Part shown: positions 1 through 12,598 of the stretch, piece by piece
Layout: each line of letters opens with the position of its first letter
How positions within the stretch are numbered: the first letter of the stretch is position 1
Source of the DNA: Octopus sinensis
Taxonomy: Eukaryota
Direction of reading: 5' to 3'
DNA length: 64,000 nt
Assembly: GCF_006345805.1 (NCBI RefSeq)
Contig: NC_043016.1
Coordinates: 23,994,001 to 24,058,000 of the forward strand
Made by a program: the position numbers and the translations under genes
Notes under the pieces: generated by a model
Database searches by the model: none
The model's input: only the letters and a program-made list of their open reading frames with translations
What the model was told of the DNA's origin: nothing

Positions 1-190
1 ACGTAAAAAGCACCCTCTACACTCTTGGAGTGGTCGGCGTTAGGAAGGGCATCCAGCTGTAGAAACTGCCAGATTAGATTGGAGCTTGGTGCAGCCTTCT
101 GGCTCGCCAGCCCTCAGTCAAATCGTCCAACCCATGCCAGCATGGAAAGCGGATGTTAAATGATGACAGTGATGATGATGATGATGACTA
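1..190 (+). mobile_element. 3' tail of RTE-type LINE/SINE family ending in (GAT)n
   Basis: Near-identical to 1740-1915 (aagcacc..gttggc.ttag.aagggcatc..ccaacccatgc.agcatggaaagcggatgttaaa.gatga). Confidence 0.8.
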
Positions 191-575
191 AGCACAAGCA
201 TATCATTATCCATTTACATACATTTCTCACCTACCACATCTCTATTCTCTCTAACACACTGCTTTGTAATTCTGAACACCTCATGCCTCTGATCCTTGTG
301 CTGTAGAACATTAGCAAACTTCTTACATTCTGCTATTCCTTTTGCTATGTAGACCTGTCGCCTAGCATCCCTTCAGGCTCACTGGTATAATGCTTTGCTT
401 ACACTGTTTTCCCAGTCCTGTCTCTTTGCTTTTATAACACTGTCCACCTTGTTTCACCACCAAGTCACCTTTGGCCTTTGTATCAGCCCTAGATTTGGTC
501 AGTGTCACACAGTAAATTGTCCTGCAGGAATTTCCAGTTGTCCTCGGAGCTATATGTCCCTTCCTTCTCCTCTGG
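190..575 (-). mobile_element. Decayed RTE LINE ORF fragment (post-endonuclease region)
   Basis: Minus-strand translation gives DNWKFLQDNL..VTWW*NKVDSVIKAKRQ with stops. Similar to the fragment at 4170-4600. Confidence 0.65.
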
Positions 576-610
576 GACATATATATATATACATATATGA
601 TAGGTTCTTT

Positions 611-757
611 AAGTTTCCATTTACCAAATCCACCCACAAGGCTTTGATCAGCCCAAGGCCATAGTAGAAGATACTTGCCCAAGGTGCCATGCAGTAGGAC
701 TGAACCCAAAACCATGTGGCTGGAAAGCAAACTTCTTATCACACAGCCACATCTGCA

Positions 758-759
<2 letters not shown>
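611..759 (-). mobile_element. tRNA-derived SINE, 5' part, reverse orientation
   Basis: Reverse complement of the SINE at 25143 (gtggctgtgtg.taag..gttcagtc..cttgggcaagt.tcttctactat..gattt ggta). Confidence 0.85.
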
Positions 760-788
<29 letters not shown>

Positions 789-954
789 TTCAACACAAAT
801 GCTAAACAGTATTATAAAGGATAAAATCCTTTATATATACTGTTCAGTATTTACATGTTGAAAAAAATTTATCTTTCTATTCGTTCCAATGCTTCAAAAA
901 CAAACTTGTTTGTTTACATATGATGTTATATATACATACATACATATATATATA

Positions 955-1915
955 TTGGATGTGTAATGTCAGTGTGTATACTTGACAAAGTGTAGGTACC
1001 TTGAGATAAATGTTGGACCTAAGAAGCATCAGATGTGGTGGGCAAGAGAGACAACTGCGCTGGTATGGTCATGTGGTGAGAATGGAGGAGGATGGCTGTG
1101 TGAAAAAGTGCCACACCCTAGTGGTTGAGGGAACCTGTGGAAGAGGTAGACCCAGGAAGACCTGGGATGAAGTGGTGAAGCACGACCTTCAAACATTAGT
1201 CCTCACTAGGGAAATGACTAGCGACTGAGACTTTTGGAAATATGCTGTGCTTGAGAAGACCCGGCAAGCCAAATGAGACCATAACCTCGTGGCCTATGCC
1301 AGAGGTGTAACCTGCCCGCTTATGCATACCATTTTCTTCCTTGAACACTAAACTCTGCTTGCGAAGACCTGTTGAGGCAAGTGAAATCAAAATCACATTT
1401 GATGACTGGCATCCATACTAGCGGGGTGCAAAGAGCACCATACGAGCGTGATTGTTGACAGAGCGGTTAATTAGCTTCTGTGCCAGTGGCACATAAAAGG
1501 CACCATTCGAGTGTGATTGTTACCAGCGACGCCTTACTGACACTTGTGCCCATGCTAGTAGGGTGCCAAGAGCACCATCTCAGCATGATCGTTGCCAGAG
1601 CAGCCGGTGGCATGTAAAAGGGCACCATTTAAGCGTGATCGTTACCAACGTCGCCTTACTGGCACCTGTGCTGGTGGCATTTGTAAAAAGATTCGAGCGA
1701 GGTCGTTGCCAGTACCACCTGACTGGCCCCTGTGCCAGTGGCACGTAAAAAGCACCCACTACACTGTCGGGGTGGTTGGCATTAGAAAGGGCATCAAGCT
1801 CTAGAATCTCTGCCAAATCAAGATTGGAGCCTGGTTCAGCCATCTGGTTCGCCAGCCCTCAATCAAAATCGTCCAACCCATGCTAGCATGGAAAGCGGAT
1901 GTTAAACGATGATGA
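955..1915 (+). mobile_element. 5'-truncated RTE-clade LINE: RT C-terminus plus 3' UTR with internal 50-70-nt tandem repeats and (GAT)n tail
   Basis: ORF 1010..1228 reads LRWYGHVVRME..GRGRPRKTW, typical of the RTE C-terminus. Repeated gcaccat..gagcgtgatcgtt.ccag units lie at about 1435-1700. Confidence 0.85.
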
Positions 1916-1936
1916 TATATATATATATATATATAT

Positions 1937-3330
1937 AATCATCATCATCATTCAACATCTATTTTCCATGTTGACATGGTTTGACAGGAACTGGTAAGGC
2001 CAGAGGTTGTACTAGGCTCCATTGTTTGTTCTGGCATGGTTCCTTTGGCTGGATGTTCCTCCTAATGCCAACCACTTCACAGAGTGTTTACTGGGTGTTT
2101 TTTTATATGAAACCAGTATGAGTGCTTTTAACACGAAACAATCACTAGTGCTCTTTAAGTGGTACCAGCACCAGAATCAATTTCCCTTTTTTCTTGGACA
2201 GCTCATTTTGAAAACAGCAGGGCTCCAGACATCTTAGTCCTTTGTTATCTCCTTCACAAGGCTCAGTGTCTTGAGATTGGCCTTCATTACTTTATCCCAT
2301 GTCTTCCCCTTCCATAAGTTCCATCCACTTTAAGTGATTGACACTTCAGTATACAACTGCCCTCATCCAAACACATCACATGACCAAACCAGTGCAGTCT
2401 TCTCTCTTGCACACTGCAGCTATTTTCTCTTAAGCCTAACTTTTCCCTCAATACATTTTGATTTTGTTGTGCATGTACACTGATGTTGCACATCAAGCAG
2501 AGCATACTAGCTTCATTCCTCTCTAGTCTTCACATTTCCTCTGCATTTAAGTCCCCATATCTCACCACCATATAGAATTGCTGTTCGTAAACATGCACCA
2601 TACAACCTTCCATTAACTCAGAGATCGAGAAATTTGGTTGCCAACAGAGGCAAAAGCATTTTGAATTTTCTCTATCCTATTCTTATTCTAGCGATTATGC
2701 TTTCTGTACATCCTCCCCCACTACTAATTAGGTCACCTAGGTAGCAGAAATTATCCACTACCTATAAAGAACTTCCGCAACATTTAAGAAAATCAATTTC
2801 CCAAGTAGTTCTTATGGCTCCTGTGCATCATCCACATACAAACACTACACTCTCTGATAACATTATTATTCTATTGCACCTCTTGTGTGTCCATAACTTG
2901 CACTGGGTACACCAAATGGAATTGTTGCCTACACCTTTCCTGCATATCAAGCTGAGCCATTTATCTAATGAGGGAAGGGTCCTGTCCATTTTCTTGCTTA
3001 CTAGACTCCTAGTCTTTGCTAAGTTAACCTTAAGGTCCTTTGATTCCAAGTTTTACTTCCACATCTGGAATTTTTATTTCTAGTTGTTATAGAATCAACC
3101 ATGAGAGCTAGATCATCAGCATATAGCAGTTCCTGGGGGAAGCCAGTCTTGAATTTTTCTGTTATGTCCTGGAGGACGATGATGAATAGGAGGGGACTGA
3201 GAACCAAACCCTGATGAATGCCTACATGCACACTAAATTCATACCTATACTCATGGTTAACTCTCACCTTACCAACAGAATCTATTCTACATGACCTGTA
3301 CAGCTTTCAAAAGCTACTCATCTGCCCCTA
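1937..3330 (-). mobile_element. Decayed RTE-clade LINE, RT domain to 3' tail
   Basis: Minus-strand ORFs contain HQGLVLSPLLF and ELLYADDLAL (RT YADD motif), LKVNLAKT, and RLHWFGHV..GRGR. Frameshifted; tail at 1937-2130. Confidence 0.88.
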
Positions 3331-4169
3331 GCTTCCTCAGAGCCTACCATATCACACAGTGGGGTACACACACAGTGTCATCAGCAGCTGCTTTCTATGC
3401 TGGTATGGGTTCGATGGTTTAACAGAATCTTGGATTGGAGGATAACTTTTTCCTCTAATGCCTCAGTTTTGGTATGCACTTTATGGCAGAATGCCTTTTC
3501 TAACACCAACCAGTTTGCAATGCATTCTGTATAATTTTTCTTAGTAGCAGCATTACAAAGTTGTCTTGACAAGGGAAAGACTAGAACTTTCTCTTAATCC
3601 TGTGTTATCCCAGTTCGATTTAGCAATGACTTTACAGAATGTATTGAGTCTTTTGATGGCTCCTGTACTTCTGATGTCACCTTGCAACTAAAGAGAGAGC
3701 TCCTATGAATGAGAGAAAGAGAATAAAAGAGCAAGTGTTGAATTTAGGTGAGGTATTGAGAAGTTAAAGTATGACGGGGGAGGGGGAGGAAAAGGTTTAT
3801 TACTGTCACACAGTTAGGGAGGAGAGTAATAGAAACATCGCTAGAGAAGGGGGGAAAGGGAAGGAGTAATGTCAGGAGTTAGCAAGAGTGATTCAGGAGA
3901 TAATAGAGTGGGTTGAATAGAAAGAGATTCAGAGCTATTTTGCAGTGAATGTGGGTGGGGTGGGTAGGTGGAGTTAGGGGAGGCTTCCCCCCACCACCAC
4001 CCTTCACATTCTTAATTGTTGTATCTATTATACAACTGTCTGCTGGAATGGCCAGTCTTTTCCTTGGGTTTATGATGGGTAGACCTCTCCCACTGCCTTG
4101 CAATTTCCAGTCTGTTATAGTAGCACTTCCCATGCCTTTTTCATTTCAGAATTACTAAGTGCAAGTGTA

Positions 4170-4487
4170 CCATTATTCATGTCTACATACATAATGTAGA
4201 ATATTGACAAAGCTCCTATTTCTGGGTTTCCCCCTTGCTATGTATAACTGATGTCTAACTTCTCATAAAGTTTCTTTGCTCTTCCTCTTTTCATAACTCT
4301 TTCCAAGCCTATTTGCTTTGCTTTTATACCTCTGTTTTCATCACCACATCACCTTCAGTTTGTCTGGAACCTCACACTAGCTACAAGTTTGATCCGTAGC
4401 CTTCAGGTTTTCCTGTAGGAACATCCAGTTGTCTTTCATGCTGTAAATTTCTACATCTCCCTCATTTTCTTAAATACTTCAGCTGGT

Positions 4488-4522
<35 letters not shown>

Positions 4523-4600
4523 TTCTGGCTGTTTGATGGATCTTTGAACTTTCCTATCTTCTTTCTTCAAACTGACTTGTGTCCCTGAGTGTATCTAGTT
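4170..4600 (-). mobile_element. Further RTE LINE fragment, probably the upstream part of the 1937-3330 copy
   Basis: Minus-strand DNWMFLQENL..KVMW** similar to 190-575, interrupted by a T29 run at 4490-4518. Confidence 0.6.
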
Positions 4601-4955
4601 CTAGATCTGAAATCACTAATTTTGTCACTAACTATATGTATATATATGTGTGTGTGTGTGTATGCATATATGTATGTAGGTATATATATTTATATAAATA
4701 TATATATATACATACACACACACATATGTATACAGACAGACAGACATAAATATACACACACAAGCACACACACTCGCATACACATATATAAATACATATA
4801 CAAAAATATTTTATAAATATATTATGCATATACACCTATATAATATTTAGATTATACACCGTGTATATTATTTATATATTTTACATGTATGTACGTACAC
4901 ACCCTCTTTTCTGATAGTTGTAGCTTAATATAAGTCACTTAGTTACATGCGGTCA

Positions 4956-5171
4956 TTTGTCACGTGACAAAAAATGCTTTGCTTTTGGTGTTGTCGCTTG
5001 GTAATAATACAGATTGGTATATAGTCACCGACTGATCGACATCTCTCCGTCTAAATTGATTTAGTTACAAACCGGCCACGTGTCTGATACCATATGTATT
5101 CATACCACGGCTGCCACACCGAGCAATGGTTCAGTAAGCAGAATACTTTAACATGGTCGTGCAGTCAGCTG
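4956..5171. promoter_or_regulatory. CpG-containing E-box cluster, candidate upstream enhancer
   Basis: Perfect 16-bp palindrome TTTGTCACGTGACAAA at 4956-4971, CACGTG at 5077-5082 and CAGCTG at 5166-5171, in non-repetitive sequence about 3 kb before the ATG. Confidence 0.35.
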
Positions 5172-7279
5172 ATCTTCCACCCATGTTCAGGGTTGGGGGA
5201 GGTAGAAAAAAACTGCTAAATGTTAAATGGGGTTCCTTTTAAGTCCATAAGTTTAAACGTAGACGATTTGTTGTGACGCCTACTAGATGCTTGTTTTATC
5301 AAAAAGTTTTGTAAATGCTTAATTGTAAATTTAAGAGAAAAAAAGGAAAAAAAATGAACTCATGTGAGTGTTACTATGCACCAGTATGTGCAAAAGCACA
5401 AGTATGTGCATGGGATGTCTATTTTATTTACTGCTAATTTGTTTTTAAGACTAACTTTCTAAAAGTATGCTTCTGTTTTGAAGAACGTTTATATATATGT
5501 ATGTATGTATATATATCAATATATATATATATATACACATGTATATACACTTCGTATTTAATTTCAAATGATTGTTCTCTTATATAATCCACTAAAAAAA
5601 AATTAGGATATATAAACGGTAACATTTTTTCCTTTAAAAACATTTTCTAAGAATACTTCATATTTCTGTTAATGCTATGCTATTGTTACATCTGTTTGCA
5701 GTTTTTAAACATTTAAAAAAAAAACATCCCTCATTCATCAGTTCACAATGTAATATCTATTGAAAAAAAAAAAGAGAAAAGAATATATATATATATATTT
5801 ATATCCATACATACACACACCTATATATTATTTTCTTACTTTCGTCGAACCATCATTACGTTGTTATATAAAACATTTTTATACTCTTGGATTGTTCTGT
5901 ATATGTAGTAAAGGAAAATTCATAGATATATTAACTATGCTGTATCTATTTTCGTAGAGTTGTATATAATTAAAAAAAAAAAGAAAAACATTATAACATG
6001 TATATAAAGAGCAAACTTATATTGAGTTTGTCAATATGTTTTTATAGAAGTCGTTTTGTGTCTTGTTATTGTATTTTGCTCAATTCCTCATATTGATGTT
6101 TTATGCTCATTCAGAGTGTTGCATTTATCATTTTTCCTCTCTCTTTCTCTCGTTCTCTATAAATATTAACAAATGGTAATAATCGATACTGCATTTATAC
6201 GTGTCCATTCGACCCTTTTAACGCCCGTAAAGCATCCTATTTGCGTATTAAGAATTGCGCTATGATATTTGATAATTTTTGCAAGATATAATGCCTTAAG
6301 TATATGTTTAAAAACAAAATAAATATTGTATTCCATATTAATGTTCTATGATATAATCCAGATTTAATTGAAATCGCTATAAGATTTGTCCTACGTGCTA
6401 CGCAGCTTGGACCAGCTGATTTCTCTTTTCTTTCTTTTTTTTTTTCCTCGTCTAATGAAATATACATAATGGTGCAGGGAAGGAATCATTCTGGATCACG
6501 TTATTCAGATGCGCAATATTTTAGTCTCATTTATAATGAAAAAAGTTATTTATAATTGTAAGACAATCGCTTAGGTATGAAATAAAATGTAGATTTCGAT
6601 ATAAAGATCTTGTCTGTTGCTTCTAAGACCCATTCGTTTATGTGCATTTATCAAATGTATTAATTACTGGCAAAATGTAATAAAGATGAAAAGAAGAAAA
6701 TCGTTCACCAGAAATTATACATATTATACATGAAACTGTGTATTATATATGTAGCAAAAAAAAAAAAATGTGCATTTTACGTTGTAATAATATTGTTGCA
6801 TGTTCTTCGCACTTGAAAATTCATCAATCTGTGATAGGTGATTGAAACACGCTATAAGTGATTCATAAAATACTAAAGGTTATCATCTATCATCCATGTA
6901 AGTAGTGTGCAAAAATATAACATGTCCGATTTGTATTATTTTTATAATAGTAGTAATTAGGTGTTCCTGAATTTGTGTCAATTTATGCTTGTACTTCGAA
7001 CTACAAACACACTCGCTCTTTTTTCTTTTCTTGTTTTCTCTTTCGCACTTTGTTCCCCTCCCCACCCTTCTCTTTCTTTGCTTTTCTTTTCCTTTTTTTT
7101 TTTTTTTTTTTTTACAAATACACTTGTGTTGTGTGTGCTTGTTGCTGTTTACATTAAATAATTGGGGGATGGGGGGATATGTCCGTAATTCTAGTTTTCT
7201 TAATAGGATTTTTGCAACGTGAATAAAATCAATGAAAGGAAAATTGCTGCTATCAATTGTGATTGTGCGTTGTGGTGCA

Positions 7280-7445
7280 GGAGAGAGAGAGAGAGAGAAA
7301 AGGCGAGAAACAATTTGAGAGAGGGAAGAGAGAGAGAGACAGAATGGGAGAAGAGAGACCAAGAGTGAGGAAAGAGAAAGAGAGAGAGAGATGATAGATA
7401 GAGAGTAGTTTAACAGTGGGAGTGATAGATGCAAATTATTTGCCA
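7280..7445 (+). promoter_or_regulatory. Probable proximal promoter: (GA)n polypurine tract and POU octamer ATGCAAAT (7429-7436)
   Basis: GA-repeat tract 7280-7400 followed by ATGCAAATTATTTGCC, about 600 nt upstream of the ATG. The TSS cannot be determined from sequence. Confidence 0.3.
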
Positions 7446-7631
7446 GTCTTCTTTCTACTGCCACTACAACACACTACAGTTATAACAGACATTCTCTGGA
7501 TATATTATGGAGAGAGAGAGAAGTTGTAGATGATATTGTTGCACTTTGTTTGCCAACAAGTCCTAACTGCTTAACTACATTATACAACAAGAAAACATAC
7601 ATACACGCACACATAGAGAAGCTCTGGAGAT

Positions 7632-7664
<33 letters not shown>

Positions 7665-7805
7665 ATATAATATATATATATATATACGTTTTTTTTGTCA
7701 TTTTCACCCTTTCTCTTACTCTCATGTTCACATTCAACTTGCTAACTTTCTAATATCGTCGACGGCTACTTGAACTACCTACCTAACCAGGCTGGCTCAG
7801 CCCTA

Positions 7806-7968
7806 TCACCATCGCCACCACCGCCATCATCATCATTATTGCTACAACAACCACCACCACCGCCGTCGCCGTTATCATCATCATTCACCGTCTCACTCAG
7901 TCTCTCACTCACTCTTTCACTCACATACACACTCTCACTCTCTTTCATTACCTCTACTCTCATTCCAT
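7806..7968 (+). promoter_or_regulatory. Dense sense-strand YCAY cluster immediately upstream of the Nova start codon
   Basis: About 24 TCAT/CCAT/TCAC/CCAC tetramers in about 165 nt (hand count). YCAY is the established Nova/Pasilla binding motif. Confidence 0.55.
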
Positions 7969-8040
7969 TTTATAAGTGAACTATTCAATTAGTCTCGTGC
8001 TCGTGCCGTGGTACTCCGCGAGATCTGGGCTTAGCGAAAG

Positions 8041-8158
8041 ATGGCGATGAGTTTCGATGGCATGAATGGGTCAGATATGGACACATCCGACTCCCGAAAA
8101 AGACCCTCAGACGCCGAAAGTGATAGCGGGGTGACGAAGCGCTCAAACCAAGGCGGAG
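8041..8158 (+). CDS. Nova: Nova coding exon 1 ([39 protein letters not shown]), includes putative NLS RKRP
   Basis: ATG in AAGATGG context with an in-frame upstream TAG at 8032-8034. DSRKRP...TKR matches the Nova N-terminus. Phase-1 donor GAG|GTTAGA at 8159 fits the phase-1 acceptor at 41366. Too short for the ORF track. Confidence 0.88.
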
Positions 8159-8334
8159 GTTAGATACATTTTGAATATCCTTTTGTATTTTTTTTTTTTT
8201 TTTACCATTTTATTTTCTCCATTTCTATGTCTTTGCCTTTTTCTTTTTTTTTTTTTTGCATCCTTCCGAAACGGCAATTTCTACTTCACTCATAATATCT
8301 CTCTCTCTCTTTCGGTCTCTCTCTACCTTCTACG

Positions 8335-8370
<36 letters not shown>

Positions 8371-9136
8371 AATATATATATATATGTATATATATATATG
8401 TGTGTGTATATATGTATGTATGTATGTATTTATGTGTGTGTGCCTCTTCAATTAGCATTATTCCTTCGTTTCAACTTGGTTTTTTTTTTAAATCTATGGG
8501 TTTTCTTTTATACGTTAGACTGGAAAACGCTATCGCTTGTCTTGTATCCCCCCTTTCATTCCGTTTCTTGCCTTTCTTTCTCTTCACCCCTCTCTCCATA
8601 GAACGTTCTCTATCAATCTATCCTCATTATAACACATTTTGGTATTCAAAGTAAATCGTTATTGCTTACAATAATGACCACTTGTCCAAAGAAGTGGAAA
8701 CGAAGGAGAAAGAAGCAAGCTTCACTTCAACCGACATGCAAGAAATGGCAATGAAATCTTCCTCCTTATACTACTGTCTGAATTAGAATTAGTAAAAAAA
8801 AAAAAAAAGAGAGAGAAAAGTAGGGGGGGAGAACGTATTAGATAATGTAGTCCTAGTTACATCAGTACATAAATGATATATATACATACACACACACACA
8901 TAATGTTACACATGTATATTCTATATGAAATACGTACATTTTAAATATACTGAAAACTGCATTTATTGAGATTAAAATATTGAGGAGTATATATACACAC
9001 ACACATTCTAAGCTCTTCACTGTCGCTATTCAGAGTTTCTTGCTTAAACGTCCTTTCAGATGACGACTAATATTAACTCTTTTTTTTTCCTATACGAATT
9101 TTATGCTTTATTCCCTTCTGTATCTCTATGTGTTCT

Positions 9137-9183
<47 letters not shown>

Positions 9184-10074
9184 GTGTATTGGTGTGTACT
9201 CCCTCTATATAATATGTTTGAGACGGGATGGTCATGGTCGGTAGATCTTTTGAAACACATTGAAAAGTCTTGATAGAGGAGGAGGAGGGGGTGTTAATTA
9301 TGTGAGTCGGTGAGGGACTAGGCAACACCAACCACTTGTCCAAATAATTTGCGTTGTCATACAATACACACACGCATATATGTATGTATGTGTGTGTCTA
9401 TACATGTATAGATAGATAGATATGTATATATTATATACATATAAGATATATGTGTATATATATCAAGTAAAAGTCGGCATCGGTTGAGAGGAAACCAACG
9501 ATTGTTGGCAATATGGCCGACGCCACCATCAGCTCCGACGACGTCGTTTACTGCTTTCACCAATGTTGTTGGCTGCTTAAACACTGCTGCTATATAAAAC
9601 CTACTGCGTATAAGGCAGTATAAGATAGCAGCAAGGAGAATTTTAGTGTTTTTATTACTAATCATCTCCTTTCCTTTTTTTTTTTGTTTTATATATATAT
9701 ATATATATATATATTACATTATTTTTGATTTTGGTATATTTCCTACCTACCCTCTCTCTCTCTCTCTCACATGAATAATTACTCTTGACTTTGCAGAAAA
9801 AACACTCATTTTAACAATTTTATTTTTCTTACCCCCTTTTATTCACACCACCTTCCCCATTCTTTTTCACCATTGATATTGGAAATATCCCACTGGGTGT
9901 TTTTTTTCTCTATCGTTTTAGATTAGTTTCGTTCAGTGTTAATGAAAAATTAAGCTAACATAAAGTGACGCTATTAACACATTGACGTGTATATTATGTG
10001 AATATGCGTGTGTACATACATATATATATATATAATATATATATATAATATATATATATATATATACATATATG

Positions 10075-10108
<34 letters not shown>

Positions 10109-10222
10109 ACACTACTAGCACATAAATGTAGATATACGATGTATATATTAATCACATCTATATGACAGTATTTAATACACAGTATGTGTGTATGTAATTC
10201 TGTGTGTACTTACGTATGTATA

Positions 10223-10263
<41 letters not shown>

Positions 10264-10484
10264 ATCTAGTGGAATATTGCTAATTTTGAGTGCGTACATC
10301 TATATATAATAATTTCGATTTTTGATTTATATACATACGCATGTAATTTTGATATGAATTTTAATGTTTATTCAAAATGTTTGTCATAGGAATATTAAAA
10401 TTTTATATAAAGTTAAAATTATGCATATAGGTACATTTGTGCAATATTAATTCATATACGTATACTATATATCCAATATATATA

Positions 10485-10536
<52 letters not shown>

Positions 10537-12203
10537 ATTTGTACAGTAAATGTTAAAGAATATTGGAATATCGAGAAAAAAAAAAAGCGAAAAGAATATA
10601 TCTAAATGTCCTGTTATAAGTAATTTTTGTAAATTTTCATTATGAAAGAAGTGTGGTTGTCCTTCTTGGTGTTCCGTACGGGACAGATAGAGATTAGTTT
10701 GTCATTCAAAAGTGTGTGTGTGTCATAGGATGGTTGTTGGACCTTTTTGATAATTCTGACACAAGTAAAGCAATTCGTATTCTTGGCTGGATTATTTAAA
10801 ACCATTTGTTCTATATTTAAGATTTTTTTTCCTTCTTTAATATCAATTAAATTTATATTTTCTGTGTGTATGTGTGAAATAAATCCTTCAGATATGTCGG
10901 TGAACTAGATGACTATGTTGTATGATCCTGTATTGACTTTTATATAACTACAGTCAATAGTTAGAAACCTCTCCATCTTTGCATTTTTATATCGGCTTGT
11001 GTGCCCCTCCCACCTTTACTCCAATCCCTTCCGAGATGTAATTGTTCATAGATCCACTCCACCCCCTAATTATTAAAGTTCTAAGCTATTAGTGCGTTCT
11101 GCCAATAAACCGAATACGTGCGCGCGCGCGTACGTGCACGTTCTCAATTCATTTTGAATAGTTCCTATAAATTAATTTCAGCTGTGAATTATAACGATCA
11201 AAAGAATAAAGGATATATATATATAATGCTTAATTTTTTTTAATGTAGAAGGATTTTCAAATACAAAATATGCTCAGGAAAACGAAGGTTTAAGATTTAC
11301 TAAAGTCGACATTTTATCGAATTATAAATGTACGATGAACATGTATCGTTTTAGAGCCGATATTTTATGGCAATCTTTAGAAGATGGTATTTCAGCGACA
11401 TGCAAGAGAAGAAAAGAAGAAAAAAAAACCCTCATTCGGATATCTCGTTCTGAATATTACGTATGACAGGCAGAACTATATATAGCAATGAATTCGGAGT
11501 ACGCGATTCAGACAGCCTGAAGGTGGGAGCCGACATCACTTCGCATTGCGCAAAAAAAAAAAAAAAAAAATGACTCGACTCGACCTACATACTTCCGTCT
11601 ATAATATTGAAGACAACAACCTTTTCGATAGATGTGAGCTAGCAAGTTTTCCTGCATGGAGAGGTATTATCTTGCCTTCTTCGGAGTTAGGAAATTTGAG
11701 GTTTATAATTTTATTACATATAACACTTAGTGATTTTAACGGGTTTCTCTTGATTATCCATCCTGTTTAGTGCTCGTTGGATTGGATGGATAGCTAAACA
11801 GATAGCTAGGTAGATAAATGATCGCAAATGTATGTAGGACTTGTGTGGCCACGTCGTAACAAGAGCAACACCCACTGACACAGCTAACGTGATGTCTAGC
11901 TATCACTTGTAGACATTTCTTTTGCTAATGCGGACACGTGTCAATTAATATCAAGTATTCTTTTTAATAATTTTGTATTATATTTGGATGTTGAGACAGT
12001 TTGCTCTCTACATTCTTTAAGTCGAACTATATATATATATATATTTAACCGATCGGTATTGTATTGCTGCTTCGTCTGTTGATCATGTCAGAACAAGTAT
12101 AACGATGGCTACGTATGGCACATCTGATATATCTACACCCGAACTACCAGGTATCTGATATCTACCTCTCTACATCGCCCCTCCTTATTTGTCTCATTAT
12201 ATA

Positions 12204-12240
<37 letters not shown>

Positions 12241-12551
12241 ATATATATATATATATATATAGGAGCAAATAGAAAATACTCATTTGTTACGTACTTCTTC
12301 GTCCTTTTCTATCCTCTGCCCTCAACCCTTAGTGGTTTTGCGACTGAACGTCGTTCTACCACTGTGTATGTGTGTTCGTCGTTTCTACATCCTTTTTGCA
12401 AAACTATGCGTCAGCCAGTTCTACGCATTCTGAGATAGTCATTTAACTGATTCGTGGGGTGGTTCAATAGAAATCCTGCTAATACGACTGAAGATATCTT
12501 GTAATATATTAATACACTCACACTCTGTGTGTGTGTGTATGTATATATATA

Positions 12552-12598
<47 letters not shown>

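Noticed and set aside
1398-1745. Repeated 25-30-nt cores with variable spacers, superficially CRISPR-like
   Set aside because: The units are degenerate and irregularly spaced, lie inside the 3' UTR of an RTE retroelement in a eukaryotic genome, and have no cas genes nearby.
11355-11522. Possible exon ending at AAG|GTGGGA (11522)
   Set aside because: Frames from both upstream acceptors hit stops, and the local ATG frame ends in phase 0, which is incompatible with the phase-1 exon 2.
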